Origin: a virus
Virus record (IMG/VR): IMGVR_UViG_3300005518_000002
Location: 17,860 to 81,859 of that record
DNA length: 64,000 nt
Reading direction: 5' to 3' (one strand)
Position 1 is the first letter of the stretch. The number at the start of each line of letters is the position of its first letter. Below the pieces are notes generated by a model that worked only from the letters and a program-made list of their open reading frames with translations, ran no database searches and was not told the DNA's origin. A program made the translations under genes and the position numbers. Positions 20,692 to 30,103 of this stretch are shown here, piece by piece.

Positions 20692-21741
20692 TCACGCAGA
20701 CGCCAGCCATTCGGGATGAGCCAGGGTCCAGGCAACAGTCTTGGCCATGGAGTCGTCCAGACTGATCGGCGCGCGCCAGCCGAGGTCAGCAATCTTGGAG
20801 CCGTCCAGTGCGTAGCGCAGATCATGGCCGGGGCGCGAGGAGTGGAAACTCTCCATCTTGATCTCCGGGGGCCGACGGGCCTGGAGACCGGCCAGACGCA
20901 TCCATTCGTAGATCATGCCTACCAGGTCGAGATTATTGACCTCCCTGTCCCCCACGATGTGGAACCGGGGCGGCCTGCGCGCGCCGCCCGCGTAGGGGAC
21001 CATGTCGACTTTCTCGTCCAGAACCTGGCGAGCGAGGTAGAGCCAGGCGTCCGCGAGGTTGCGCGCGTGGAGGTAGAAACGGGAGCCCGGGGTCCCGTCC
21101 GGCGCGCAGTGCACGATGACCGGCACACTACGCATGATCTTGCTCATGGTCATCGGCACGAACTTCTCGGGATCCTGCATCTCCCCGACGATGTTCATCG
21201 TATTCGTGATGACCACCGGCACACCGTAGGTGCGCCAGTAGCTGAAGCAGATCGCCTCCTGCGCAGCCTTGCTGGCGCTGTAGGGATTGGACGGTGCGAG
21301 CGTTTCCCACTCCTTGTGCCGGTGGTCGCCGTAGGCCGGACCGTAGACCTCGTCCGTGCTCATCTGGAGGAAAATCTTCGGCTTGTGCCGCCGGGCCAGC
21401 TCCAGCACGTTGAGCATCAGCGAGGTGTTGTTCAGGGTGAAGCCGACGGGATCTTCAATCGACCGGTCCACGTGGCTCTCCGAGGCGACGTTCATGAACA
21501 CCTCGCAGCCCTCCAGCGCAGCGTGGAGACTCATGGGCGCGGGGGCCTGCATGTCCCAGTGGACGATGGTCACGCGCCGGGCCCACTTGTCGTCACCGCA
21601 GGTGCTCGAAGCGATGCGCTCCGGCATGCCCTTGTGCTGGAACGAGACAGAGCAGACGATCTCCCAGTCCGTCTCCATGAGCAGGTGGCGCAGGACGTGC
21701 GAGCCGACGAAGCCACCGGCTCCGGTGAGGAACGCCTTCAT
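20692..21741 (-). CDS. rmlB: dTDP-glucose 4,6-dehydratase-like SDR
   Basis: GAGGFVG, ASESHVDRSI, STDEVYG, PSNPYSASKA, RPGHDLRYALD. Confidence 0.85.
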   Translation of the reverse strand: MKAFLTGAGGFVGSHVLRHLLMETDWEIVCSVSFQHKGMPERIASSTCGDDKWARRVTIVHWDMQAPAPMSLHAALEGCEVFMNVASESHVDRSIEDPVGFTLNNTSLMLNVLELARRHKPKIFLQMSTDEVYGPAYGDHRHKEWETLAPSNPYSASKAAQEAICFSYWRTYGVPVVITNTMNIVGEMQDPEKFVPMTMSKIMRSVPVIVHCAPDGTPGSRFYLHARNLADAWLYLARQVLDEKVDMVPYAGGARRPPRFHIVGDREVNNLDLVGMIYEWMRLAGLQARRPPEIKMESFHSSRPGHDLRYALDGSKIADLGWRAPISLDDSMAKTVAWTLAHPEWLASA

Positions 21742-21757
21742 GATCTTGCTCCTGTGG

Positions 21758-22501
21758 TCAGGGGTGGACGATCCAGTTCGGGTTGCCGGACGCCACCGAC
21801 GGGAACAGCGACGTGCCGACCGAGTGATAGCCGACGGCGAAGCGCCCCTGGAGCGGAGCCCAGCAGCTGTAGGCCCGCGCGGACTGCCGGACAGCGATCT
21901 TGGTTTCTTCCGCGTACTGCGCCGGGATGACGTACTGATCGCAAGGGATCTCGCCGGACAGTGCCTGCGACTCCCGCACCAGCCAGCGCACGTCCGGCCA
22001 CGCGGCAGGATTCGCCTCACGGAGCTGCTTGAGCGCGAGCCCGTACATGGAATGGGTGGGGTCAACGTCCTGCCAGTGCATGGTGTACATGCCTGCCGCG
22101 GGGTCCAGATCGTGGAAGTACTGGAGGACTGCCTTGGCCTGGTCGATGGTGGGGGAGTCGTGACGCAGGGCCGTGTTGAGATGGATCTCCCCGGGCACGG
22201 CGCCGAGCAGCGCGGCGGAGTCCATGAACTCCGCATCCCGGCTGGCGACGATGTCGTCCGGGGTCAGGGTGGCGTATCCCTCCCGGGCCAGGTCGTGCGT
22301 TCCGCCCCACCAGGAGTTCGCCGTCAGGCCATTGATCGAGTCGATGGCTGTGGTGGTGCGGCCGGGCGCACCGAGGATGAACGAAACCCGGCGGCCGACA
22401 CGGGCGTGGTACCAGGCAACCTGTCCCATGGACAGGCAGTCGTCGTCCGCATGGGGCGAGAGGAAGTACACCCGGCGCCCGGTCGGATTGATGATCGTCA
22501 A
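21758..22501 (-). CDS. PIG-L/LmbE family N-acetylsugar deacetylase
   Basis: SPHADDDCLSMG, RDAEF, HWQDVDPTH. Confidence 0.75.
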   Translation of the reverse strand: MTIINPTGRRVYFLSPHADDDCLSMGQVAWYHARVGRRVSFILGAPGRTTTAIDSINGLTANSWWGGTHDLAREGYATLTPDDIVASRDAEFMDSAALLGAVPGEIHLNTALRHDSPTIDQAKAVLQYFHDLDPAAGMYTMHWQDVDPTHSMYGLALKQLREANPAAWPDVRWLVRESQALSGEIPCDQYVIPAQYAEETKIAVRQSARAYSCWAPLQGRFAVGYHSVGTSLFPSVASGNPNWIVHP

Positions 22502-22515
22502 GCTGGTCTCCTCGG

Positions 22516-22728
22516 TCAGTCACCAGGCTGGTAGCGGACGGAGTCCGCCGTGTCGGACATCTCTTTGAGCCCGCGCATGAGAGTCAGGATCTCCTCCACG
22601 CTGTAGCCGCGGAACTCCTGCGTTTCGCCGCTCAGGACCACGTACCGCCGTTCGTCGTAGCCCAGGCGCAGGATTTCCCCGGCTCCCCAGTTCTCCGGAT
22701 GGGCGGTGCCGCCCTGCGATTCGGTCAT
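22516..22728 (-). CDS. Hypothetical protein
   Basis: 70-aa ORF with GGAGA RBS. Confidence 0.55.
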   Translation of the reverse strand: MTESQGGTAHPENWGAGEILRLGYDERRYVVLSGETQEFRGYSVEEILTLMRGLKEMSDTADSVRYQPGD

Positions 22729-22730
22729 GG

Positions 22731-23375
22731 TCAGTCTCCGCTCTCCGTGGTCTCTTCCACCACTTCACCGTCGATGGTGCGCAGGTGGGACTGTGCTGCT
22801 TCCAGCGCGAGCATACGCGACTGCGGTTCCAGTCCCGCGGCGTCGAACCCCGCGAGGATCGCTTCGGCCACCACGGCTGATTCGAGATCCTGCCGCCGCT
22901 CCAGTGCGACGTTCAGCTTCTCCGGAGCGTTGAGGCCGTGACGCATGGTGTACCGGTCCTCCACCTTGAGCAGCCGGTCGATTGCCGCGAAGACGGGACC
23001 GAGGTCATTGACGGTTTCCTCCTCCCCGGTCTCCTCGTTATGGATCTTTACGATCTTCCCGTTCTGGATCAGAGGATGCTTCCTGGACATGATCGTATAG
23101 AGCCTGCGGCGCAGATCGTCGTCGCGCATGTCGGCCAGCTGGACCAGTTCTTCGAGGTTCTGGTTCAGCTCGTTACGTGCTGTCATCAGTGCACGCTTGA
23201 CGTCCTCGCACGCAGCAGCACGGGAAGGTTTGCCACCGCTATCAAGGTAGGGGACAGCCTCAGCCACTTGTTCCCAGGTCAAACCCTGGTTCCGTAGCTT
23301 GATCGCCTTTGCTCGCCGTTGCGCAACGAGGGCCCGGTTGCTGTTCTCGTGCGACGGGGGAATGTGATGTCCCAC
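22731..23375 (-). CDS. Probable terminase small subunit (HTH)
   Basis: RRAKAIKLRNQGLTWEQVAE HTH; AIDRLLKVEDR...GLNAPEKL. Confidence 0.6.
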   Translation of the reverse strand: MGHHIPPSHENSNRALVAQRRAKAIKLRNQGLTWEQVAEAVPYLDSGGKPSRAAACEDVKRALMTARNELNQNLEELVQLADMRDDDLRRRLYTIMSRKHPLIQNGKIVKIHNEETGEEETVNDLGPVFAAIDRLLKVEDRYTMRHGLNAPEKLNVALERRQDLESAVVAEAILAGFDAAGLEPQSRMLALEAAQSHLRTIDGEVVEETTESGD

Positions 23376-23398
23376 TTGTTACCCCTCCAATAAAGTAA

Positions 23399-24292
23399 TC
23401 AGCGAGTGACGCCCTTGGTTGTCTCCCGGAACTCCTGCGCCCGCTTGATCTCTTCCCGCTCGCTCCCGCAGTTGACCATGGCCGTGCGCATGTAGCTGAC
23501 GACGCTGATGCGCTCCGCCCCGCAGTCCGGGCAGGCCGAGGTGCGCGTCACCCCGCAGGCGCAGACGATGGCCGTGTTGCCGTGCCACTGGTGCGCGTCC
23601 ATGAGGATCAGGTCGCCGTCCTGTAGATCCACGGCCACCCGGTACTCCGGGAAGACGAAGACTCCCCCGGTGTACTCCCCCCGGCGCAGCGTGAAGATCG
23701 TGCTGAAGCCCTTGTCCAGATCACCCTTGTCCGTGTGCACGCCGGTCGGGTACGTGTTGTTCACCGTGATCGTGGTAAACGGGGTACCCGGCACCACCCA
23801 GTCATCGTGCGTCCGGCCGATCTCCTCCATCTGCGCCTGCCAGCGGTCCGGCACGTGGATGCTCATCTGCTCGGAGACCTGACGGAGCAGCGGATGCAGC
23901 GCCTGCCACTCCGGGAGGTGGCGACCGGTCCACTGGGTGAGGCGGCAGAAGTTGAAGGCGTTGGTCGGGTCAGCCGAACCGATCATCGAACTGGCAAGGT
24001 TCTTGGCATAGGTGCGCTTCTGTTCTCCGACCTTGACCCTGCGGGTGGCACCGGCCAGGCCCCGGTTGTCCGTACGTACGCTGCGCAGCGAGTGCAGGAT
24101 CTCGTACTGCTCGGGAGTGACGGCTTCGCGCATGGCTCCGGGGAGGTACACGCACAGCGGCCGCCCGTCGGGCAGGAGAAGACGGGTGGGTCCGGTCATC
24201 AGCAGGCTGTACGCCCCGGACGTGATGACCTTGCCCTTCATCTCCTCCAGTGTCTGAGGGTCGATACGGCTGCGCAGCCGGGCACTGATCAC
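23399..24292 (-). CDS. TET/JBP-family 2OG-Fe(II) dioxygenase
   Basis: PFTTITVN, HTDKGD (HxD), DAHQWHGNT, RISVVSYMR. Confidence 0.85.
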   Translation of the reverse strand: MISARLRSRIDPQTLEEMKGKVITSGAYSLLMTGPTRLLLPDGRPLCVYLPGAMREAVTPEQYEILHSLRSVRTDNRGLAGATRRVKVGEQKRTYAKNLASSMIGSADPTNAFNFCRLTQWTGRHLPEWQALHPLLRQVSEQMSIHVPDRWQAQMEEIGRTHDDWVVPGTPFTTITVNNTYPTGVHTDKGDLDKGFSTIFTLRRGEYTGGVFVFPEYRVAVDLQDGDLILMDAHQWHGNTAIVCACGVTRTSACPDCGAERISVVSYMRTAMVNCGSEREEIKRAQEFRETTKGVTR

Positions 24293-24873
24293 GAGCGCAC
24301 TCCGTCCGTGAGGAATCCGAGAGCGGGGATGTCCTGCACCCGTTCAGCCATGCAGCCGGGCTCCACCAGATGCGTGCTGGTCATGGAGTGGAAGTCGATG
24401 CCCCCGTCAGCCGCTGCCCACTCCGCCAGGTTGTACGCGCGGGTCTGGGCTCCCTTGCGCCAGCTGTAGTTCTGGGACGTGCCCCGCTGCGCGCAGCGAT
24501 GATCCAGGACATCGTCGTCCGCATACAGGTAGAGCAGGTGGACCCGCACTCCCGCAGCCGTCAGCCGGGACAGGAAGGGACGCGTGGCCAGCCGGGCTCC
24601 CTCCCCCAGGGCGAAGTCGACCGGGGTGCGCAGCAGGAAGTCCGAGGCACGGAAGGAGATGTCCATGGCCAGGCTGTCCGTGCCGGGATGCTGCTGACGG
24701 GGCACTCCGAGTTCGAGCCCGTGCAGGGCTCCGCTGTTCATGGAGCGCAGCAGCGTGTGCGGCACGGGCGGACCCTTGACGACTTCCATGTCCCAGGGCA
24801 GGCGCAGGTAGCGCATCAGCGTGGACTTGCCGACGCCGGGTGCTCCGCAGATGTACAGCAGGTCTTTGATCAC
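24289..24873 (-). CDS. P-loop kinase (hydroxymethyluracil-DNA kinase-like)
   Basis: GAPGVGKST, GTDSLAM, GEGARLA, RCAQRG..Q..SWRKG. Confidence 0.8.
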   Translation of the reverse strand: MIKDLLYICGAPGVGKSTLMRYLRLPWDMEVVKGPPVPHTLLRSMNSGALHGLELGVPRQQHPGTDSLAMDISFRASDFLLRTPVDFALGEGARLATRPFLSRLTAAGVRVHLLYLYADDDVLDHRCAQRGTSQNYSWRKGAQTRAYNLAEWAAADGGIDFHSMTSTHLVEPGCMAERVQDIPALGFLTDGVRS

Positions 24874-25718
24874 AGTGGTCCTCCGACGATCCAGAAGCAG
24901 GTCGTGCCGTCCCGGCGCTTCCACCAGTCCGGCGCAAGCTGGTCCAGATGGTGGGCGACCTTTCCCTCATAGGTGGGGTGCAGGACGATGCCGTCCAGCG
25001 TGTGGGGCTGCCGGTCACCGTAGGCATAGACGCCTGTGCCGTGCAGGTCGATGTGCTCGTAATCATCCCAGACCAGACCCATGCGCAGCAGCCGCGCGCG
25101 CATCCACTCCCGCCGGTCCGGGCCTATGCCGATCAGCTTGACCTCCACGTCGCTGCGCTTGTGGGCGATCAGTCCGGTGAGGATGCCGGTCGCGGTGTTC
25201 GCCGACCCGAACGGGATCACCAGCGTGCGCACCTCCAGCGGCAGGTTGGCGACCTGTTCGGCCACGGGACCGTGGAACGCCATGAGCTCCACAGCACTGG
25301 CGTCCGGCGGGGTGGTGATGCCGTACTCCAGGAGATAGGCCGAGCCGTCCCTCCGCACGAGCTCCCGGGCTGCGCGCTGCAAGGCCGGGTTGTACCCCAC
25401 GCCGATGAAATCGAAGTCCGCTCCGGCCGCCTGAGCAATCTGCGGAGAGGGGTGGCGGAAGGCAGTCGACGGACGGGTGCCCCCGTAGATCACGAGGCAG
25501 TCCATGTCCAGCTCCCGCGCCGTGATGGAGACCATGGCCGCCTGCGGGCTGAGCACGCTGCACGCGGTGACCACCCGGGTGTAGCCGAGGGCGGACGCGC
25601 GGCGGAGCAGGTGCTGGCAGGCACGGAGCTTGGATCCGTTGATGCCGTGCTGTCCGGTGTAGAGATCTTCCCGCTTGAGCTGGAGTCCGCCGCGCAGCTG
25701 TACGGGGGTCAGATCCAC
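24870..25718 (-). CDS. PLP-dependent enzyme (fold II; ACC deaminase/Cys desulfhydrase-like)
   Basis: LTPV...KREDL...NGSKLR, SPQ, VIPFGSANT, LHPTYEGK; GTG start at 25718. Confidence 0.8.
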   Translation of the reverse strand: MDLTPVQLRGGLQLKREDLYTGQHGINGSKLRACQHLLRRASALGYTRVVTACSVLSPQAAMVSITARELDMDCLVIYGGTRPSTAFRHPSPQIAQAAGADFDFIGVGYNPALQRAARELVRRDGSAYLLEYGITTPPDASAVELMAFHGPVAEQVANLPLEVRTLVIPFGSANTATGILTGLIAHKRSDVEVKLIGIGPDRREWMRARLLRMGLVWDDYEHIDLHGTGVYAYGDRQPHTLDGIVLHPTYEGKVAHHLDQLAPDWWKRRDGTTCFWIVGGPL

Positions 25719-26785
25719 CGGATCTCCCGGCGCCCGAAGCTGCCCTGCGCCACGGCGGACTCGAAGCCATTGGCGAAGCAGGGCCACTCCTCCGTCATGT
25801 TGATCACTTCTCCGTGTTCGAGGAACCAGTTCTGCTTGACCGGCACGCAGCCGGGGTCCAGCGGACTGTCCTCCAGGAGGAGCCGGGGCGGGAATGCGGT
25901 GCGCCGGGCCTCCCACAGCAGATCGAACCTCCGCCCGAACTTGATCTCTCCGTGGCGGATGCGGTCGTACAGCATGTCGTTGTACACACCGGGGTAGCGC
26001 CGGTTCGGCTTGTGCCAGCTCTTGAAGGTGCACAGCGCACTCTCCAGGCTGAGGTAGCCCAGCGCACGGTCGTCCCAGCCGAGCGTGCGCACCAGGTCCC
26101 GTGCGTCCCCCAGAAGCCGGGCACCCTCGGATTCGAGCTTCCTGATCATTCCCGGGGAGTAGCGCCCGCCGTAGCTGCCGAGCTGGTGGTCACTGATCCA
26201 GCCCTCGTGTCCGGACACCAGGCACAGGCCGTTGCGGTGGGAGCGGGATCCGGAGATGTCCTGGAGCATCAGCGTGTCCGCGTCGGGCACCGGCAGGCCG
26301 AGGATGCGCAGGTACTCCAGGTAGCTCCAGGCCGAGAGCCGTCCCATGGTCGGAATGGCGAGAGCACGCTCCCAGCAGCTGTCCCAGTCACCCTTGCGCC
26401 AGTAGCGGGCCTGTCCCGCTCCGGTCAGCGCACGGTACCCGGCGCAGGCCCGGGGGAACTTGGCCTTGTGGTAGCGGCGGTCGGTGTCCCACTGGAGCGC
26501 GCCCCAGTGCTCGTTGAGAAAGGCGACGGCCTTGTCCGAGTCCTCCGGCCGGGGCGCAGCCCCGAACAGCAGCAGCGTCGTGACGGGGTTCTGCGTGTTG
26601 CCGTTGAGGAAAGCGAGCCAGGCCCGCTGCTCCTCGTCGAGGTCCAGCTCCCGGGCGACGTGCGGCAGCACGTAATGCACACCGCCGGGGAAGGACTGGT
26701 ACTTCAGGGACCAGGCGTAGAAGCGCAGGAAGATCTCCCTCCGGTACTCGGGCTTGCGGAAGTCAGCGCCGTGCTCAGGATTCAT
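25709..26785 (-). CDS. Amino acid:DNA transferase (aGPT-Pplase2-like)
   Basis: NGNTQNP, DTDRRY, GRLSAWSYLEY, SRSHRNGL, LESALCTFKSWH...RYPGVY.DM. Confidence 0.8.
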   Translation of the reverse strand: MNPEHGADFRKPEYRREIFLRFYAWSLKYQSFPGGVHYVLPHVARELDLDEEQRAWLAFLNGNTQNPVTTLLLFGAAPRPEDSDKAVAFLNEHWGALQWDTDRRYHKAKFPRACAGYRALTGAGQARYWRKGDWDSCWERALAIPTMGRLSAWSYLEYLRILGLPVPDADTLMLQDISGSRSHRNGLCLVSGHEGWISDHQLGSYGGRYSPGMIRKLESEGARLLGDARDLVRTLGWDDRALGYLSLESALCTFKSWHKPNRRYPGVYNDMLYDRIRHGEIKFGRRFDLLWEARRTAFPPRLLLEDSPLDPGCVPVKQNWFLEHGEVINMTEEWPCFANGFESAVAQGSFGRREIRWI

Positions 26786-27545
26786 CCGGACCCTCCGGGG
26801 AGTCCGCGTACTCCAGCGCGTTGCCCTCGTCGCTCAGTCCGTGCTGGTCGATCACCCGCGCGGTCACCCGGGCCGCGCACAGCAGGATCTCTCCCTGGCT
26901 GCGGGCGCCCAGATTCTCCCGGATCTTCATGATCAGCTGTCCGAGCTCGTCGGCCTGCGCACTGGGCAGGGCGAGGACGATGTCCCGCACCCCCCGGCTG
27001 GCCATCGTCGTGGAGTCGTGTCCGCCGTGGGACGCAATACGCCGCTCCACGTCCTCCGGGGTGTCGTTCCAGGACGTATCGGGGGTGGCATAGGGGGTCA
27101 CCTCGGCCTCCTCTCCTGAGGCTGCCTCCAGGGCTTCCAGGAGGTCCGCCACTTCGTCATCCGCGAAGCCGGTCCCCTCGTAGTCGCCCTCCAGCGCGGT
27201 GAGCAGCGCGGCGAGAGCTCCGGAGTCGTAGTCCCCGTCGTCGGCCGCCTTGTTGTCCACCAGGTTGATCTTTTTGGCGGTCCTGTCGTCGCACGTGATC
27301 ACCTCGCAGCGGGCTTCGGTCTCGCCCTCCTCGGCCAGCGCGATCATCGTGTGGTTGCCCGCCAGCACGACCAGCCCGGCGTCCGGCGTCTCGCGGACGA
27401 CCAGGGACCGGTACTGACCGTGCTCCCGCAGGCTTCCGCGGATCACGTCCACCCGGCCACGCTTGGCGTTGCCCGGGAAGGGGGTCAGCTCCCCCAGGGG
27501 GATGACATCGGTGCGGACATAGGTGCTCTTGGCTGTCTGGGTCAT
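26775..27545 (-). CDS. ParB-like protein
   Basis: LTPFPGNAKRG, SLREHGQYRSLVV, VLAGNHT, INLVDNK. Confidence 0.85.
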   Translation of the reverse strand: MTQTAKSTYVRTDVIPLGELTPFPGNAKRGRVDVIRGSLREHGQYRSLVVRETPDAGLVVLAGNHTMIALAEEGETEARCEVITCDDRTAKKINLVDNKAADDGDYDSGALAALLTALEGDYEGTGFADDEVADLLEALEAASGEEAEVTPYATPDTSWNDTPEDVERRIASHGGHDSTTMASRGVRDIVLALPSAQADELGQLIMKIRENLGARSQGEILLCAARVTARVIDQHGLSDEGNALEYADSPEGPDES

Positions 27546-27898
27546 CGGGCTTTCCTCGCTCCTCGGACGGTCCACTGGACAACATGATCCAGCTCATGGC
27601 GCACAACAGCGTCCAGCCGCTTCTGCGCCTCGGGACTCAGCAGTACGTACGAGCACCCGGTGCGCCGCTCGATGCGCTCCAGGACGATGTCCTCCAGCTG
27701 CTGGTTCGTCCTTCTGATCCAGTTGTCGGTATCCAGGCAACCAGCCTGGAACACCTGATATTCGAGCAGTCTGGTCTTCCGCTCCTGCTTCTTCCGCCGA
27801 CCGGCAGGGGTGAGTTCGTTCTCCCTGATCAGGAAGACGGCCAGACCGAAAAACGTCAGGGTGGTCACGATGAGGCCGATCACCGTTTCAGCGTTCAC
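27542..27898 (-). CDS. Membrane-anchored hypothetical protein
   Basis: GTG start; N-terminal hydrophobic helix. Confidence 0.5.
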   Translation of the reverse strand: MNAETVIGLIVTTLTFFGLAVFLIRENELTPAGRRKKQERKTRLLEYQVFQAGCLDTDNWIRRTNQQLEDIVLERIERRTGCSYVLLSPEAQKRLDAVVRHELDHVVQWTVRGARKAR

Positions 27899-28199
27899 GG
27901 TTGCCCTCCCAGACGATGCCCCGGGAGAAACCCCCGCGCTCCATGGCCTTCGCCCTGCGGATCTCCTCCAGCTCCGACGCACTGACGCCGAGACCCAGCG
28001 CCAGCGTGTAGACGACTTCGAGCACGTCGGCCAGTTCCTCCGGCGCGGTCCTGTCGTCGGCCTGGAGGAATTCACCGACTTCTTCGGTCAGCTTCTGGCG
28101 CAGCCTGCGGCGGTACTCTGCGGAGTCCGCGATGTGGGTGACGGGCTCCTGCCCGTTCTCCCGGCAGATCTCAGGGATCCTGTCCCTCACGAGCTTCAT
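27888..28199 (-). CDS. MazG-like / PRA-PH NTP pyrophosphohydrolase
   Basis: MKLVRDRIPEI, KLTEEVGEF, EELADVLEV, KAMERGGF. Confidence 0.85.
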   Translation of the reverse strand: MKLVRDRIPEICRENGQEPVTHIADSAEYRRRLRQKLTEEVGEFLQADDRTAPEELADVLEVVYTLALGLGVSASELEEIRRAKAMERGGFSRGIVWEGNRER

Positions 28200-28635
28200 G
28201 ACGGTGTCCTGCCGCTCCGCTTCAGCAGCTGCGCGGCGATAGCACTGATCTCCTCGGCCACGGCCCCCACCACGGCCGCGCCGTGCTCCCGCTCCAGCTC
28301 TTCGGGCCACCAGCCCGCCTGAACCACAGACTTCAGGATGAGCGCCGCGCGGAACGCCGCATACTTCTTGATCTCTGCCTTGTTCATGCCTGCTCCTTGA
28401 TCACTTCTGGTCCGAACAGTGTCGCCCTGTCGGAGTAGTCGGCCATGAAGTTGCCCGGTGCACCGACGGGAGACCGTGAGCACACGTCATAGAAGATCAC
28501 ATCCGCACTCGTGTCCTGGTCCGGGAGTGCACCGGAATACCCCAGACACAAGTGGTCCTGGTCCGGGAGGTGACTTTCGGGAAGGTCGCAGCCGTGGGAC
28601 GTCCAGCACACAGGACATGTACGGACCGATTTCAT
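28196..28635 (-). CDS. Two small hypothetical genes (28196-28387, 28384-28635)
   Basis: ATGA-coupled ORFs. Confidence 0.55.
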
Positions 28636-29129
28636 ACCTGCTCCTTGGTCAGTTGTCCGGCCAGGCGCCGCTCCCAGCGCTCAGCCTCCTTCTCATGACA
28701 CGTGATCAGGTTCGTCGCGATCCGCACGTCGCGGTCGCTCATCTCCTCCAGGCCGTAATTGTTGCGCAGCCAGGTCATCTTCCGGGCCCGGTGCCCGCGC
28801 TGGTTCAGCTGTACGCAGTGCACGAGTTCGTGCACGCAGGTGGCGGCAGCCTGGAGACCGTCACCCCGGGGGTGCAGGTCCCAGTTGACCAGCACCAGAC
28901 ATCCCGTCCGGTTCAGTGTGGTGCATCCGTAGGGAACGTCCGTCTCGGGCCACAGCGGAGCGCTGCGGATGCGCAGCACTTCCTGTTCCGCGCGCTCCCG
29001 GATCCGGTTGAGCTCGTGCCCGCGCACGATCTCCAGCGTCACCCGTCCGGGGTCCCCCACCCGGCGCCGGACCAGATCCCTGGCCCGGCCGAAGATCTCA
29101 AAGATCTCTTTGATGTCAGGACGGTTCAC
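28632..29129 (-). CDS. HExxH zincin-like protein
   Basis: TCVHELVHCVQ ... HEKEA. Confidence 0.6.
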   Translation of the reverse strand: MNRPDIKEIFEIFGRARDLVRRRVGDPGRVTLEIVRGHELNRIRERAEQEVLRIRSAPLWPETDVPYGCTTLNRTGCLVLVNWDLHPRGDGLQAAATCVHELVHCVQLNQRGHRARKMTWLRNNYGLEEMSDRDVRIATNLITCHEKEAERWERRLAGQLTKEQV

Positions 29130-29551
29130 GGGGTACTCCTGTTCACCGGCAGCTCGCCCCACGTGGCCAGGAATGCCTCGCTGCTCTGCTGGCCGCTGGC
29201 CACGGCACGCTCGTCCATCCGGCGAGCCGCATGCTGCGCTTCCTCCGTGCCGCCCTCCAGGTAGGTCTGGAGATCGTAAGAGTTCAGGTCCGTGCAGCCT
29301 TCGGGGTAGGCATACGTGTCCGGGCGGTCGTCCGGGTGCGTCATGATCAGTGCTCCTGTTCAGTGATCGGTGGATTCTGCATGCTCGGCCGCCGTGATGA
29401 TCGCAACGGCGTCGCTCCGGAAGCTCCGGTCCTTCATCTGTTCGCAGCCTGAGCAGATGACGCGCCGCTGTCCGGTCTCGCGGTCGGCCTCCGCGTAGAC
29501 GAAGGAACCGTAGAGGGTTTCAGGGATCTTGCTGATCCTCTCCCACGCCAT
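29126..29551 (-). CDS. Two small hypothetical genes (29126-29344, 29360-29551)
   Basis: Closely spaced ORFs; first has AGGAG RBS, second follows a TGATCATG junction. Confidence 0.55.
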
Positions 29552-29553
29552 GA

Positions 29554-30078
29554 TCAGACCCTTCCGCTCTGGCCGTGCTCGAAGCGCGCGCTGCGCGCAG
29601 CGTCGTAGGGGCAGTGCCCGGTGCAGGGTCCCGGCTGTACCGGAACGCTGAGCCAGGGGCCTCCGTAACCCTTGAGGGTCTTGCTGGCTGCCGCGCCGCG
29701 CGGCCGGTAGTCGAACCAGCTCGCATGCAGCAGGGGCGGGCCGTCCGGCCGGGCGAGCAGCACAGCCCGTCCCGGCAGGCCCTGCGTGCAGTTCGGCACC
29801 GGACCGAGAACGGTCAGATGACCAAGAACCGAGGCTGCCCGCATAAGGTACGGTTTGTCCAGATTTTCCTCGGTTCCCTTCACTTCGACATATCCCGAGC
29901 CGTTGGTGCGGAAGTCCGGCAGGTACGTTCCCCCGCCGGGCAGCGCCACCCTCTCGGGCTCGTACTCGTAGTCGATGCCCGCGGCGGCGAAGAAGACAGC
30001 CCAGCGGGCCTCCAGACGGCTCCTGAAAAGGATGCCGTTGTAGCGGGTCTCGATGGCTTTGATCTTTGGTCGTTTCAT
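29554..30078 (-). CDS. PD-(D/E)XK nuclease
   Basis: FRSRLEARWAVFF, YEYEP, YLPDF, YVEVKG. Confidence 0.8.
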   Translation of the reverse strand: MKRPKIKAIETRYNGILFRSRLEARWAVFFAAAGIDYEYEPERVALPGGGTYLPDFRTNGSGYVEVKGTEENLDKPYLMRAASVLGHLTVLGPVPNCTQGLPGRAVLLARPDGPPLLHASWFDYRPRGAAASKTLKGYGGPWLSVPVQPGPCTGHCPYDAARSARFEHGQSGRV

Positions 30079-30103
30079 GATTCCTCCATTCCCTGATCAC
30101 TGA

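Noticed and set aside
20692-22236. 514-aa extended dehydratase (and 387-aa extended PLP enzyme at 24870-26033)
   Set aside because: Extensions overlap neighbouring real genes in another frame; true starts are 21741 and 25718
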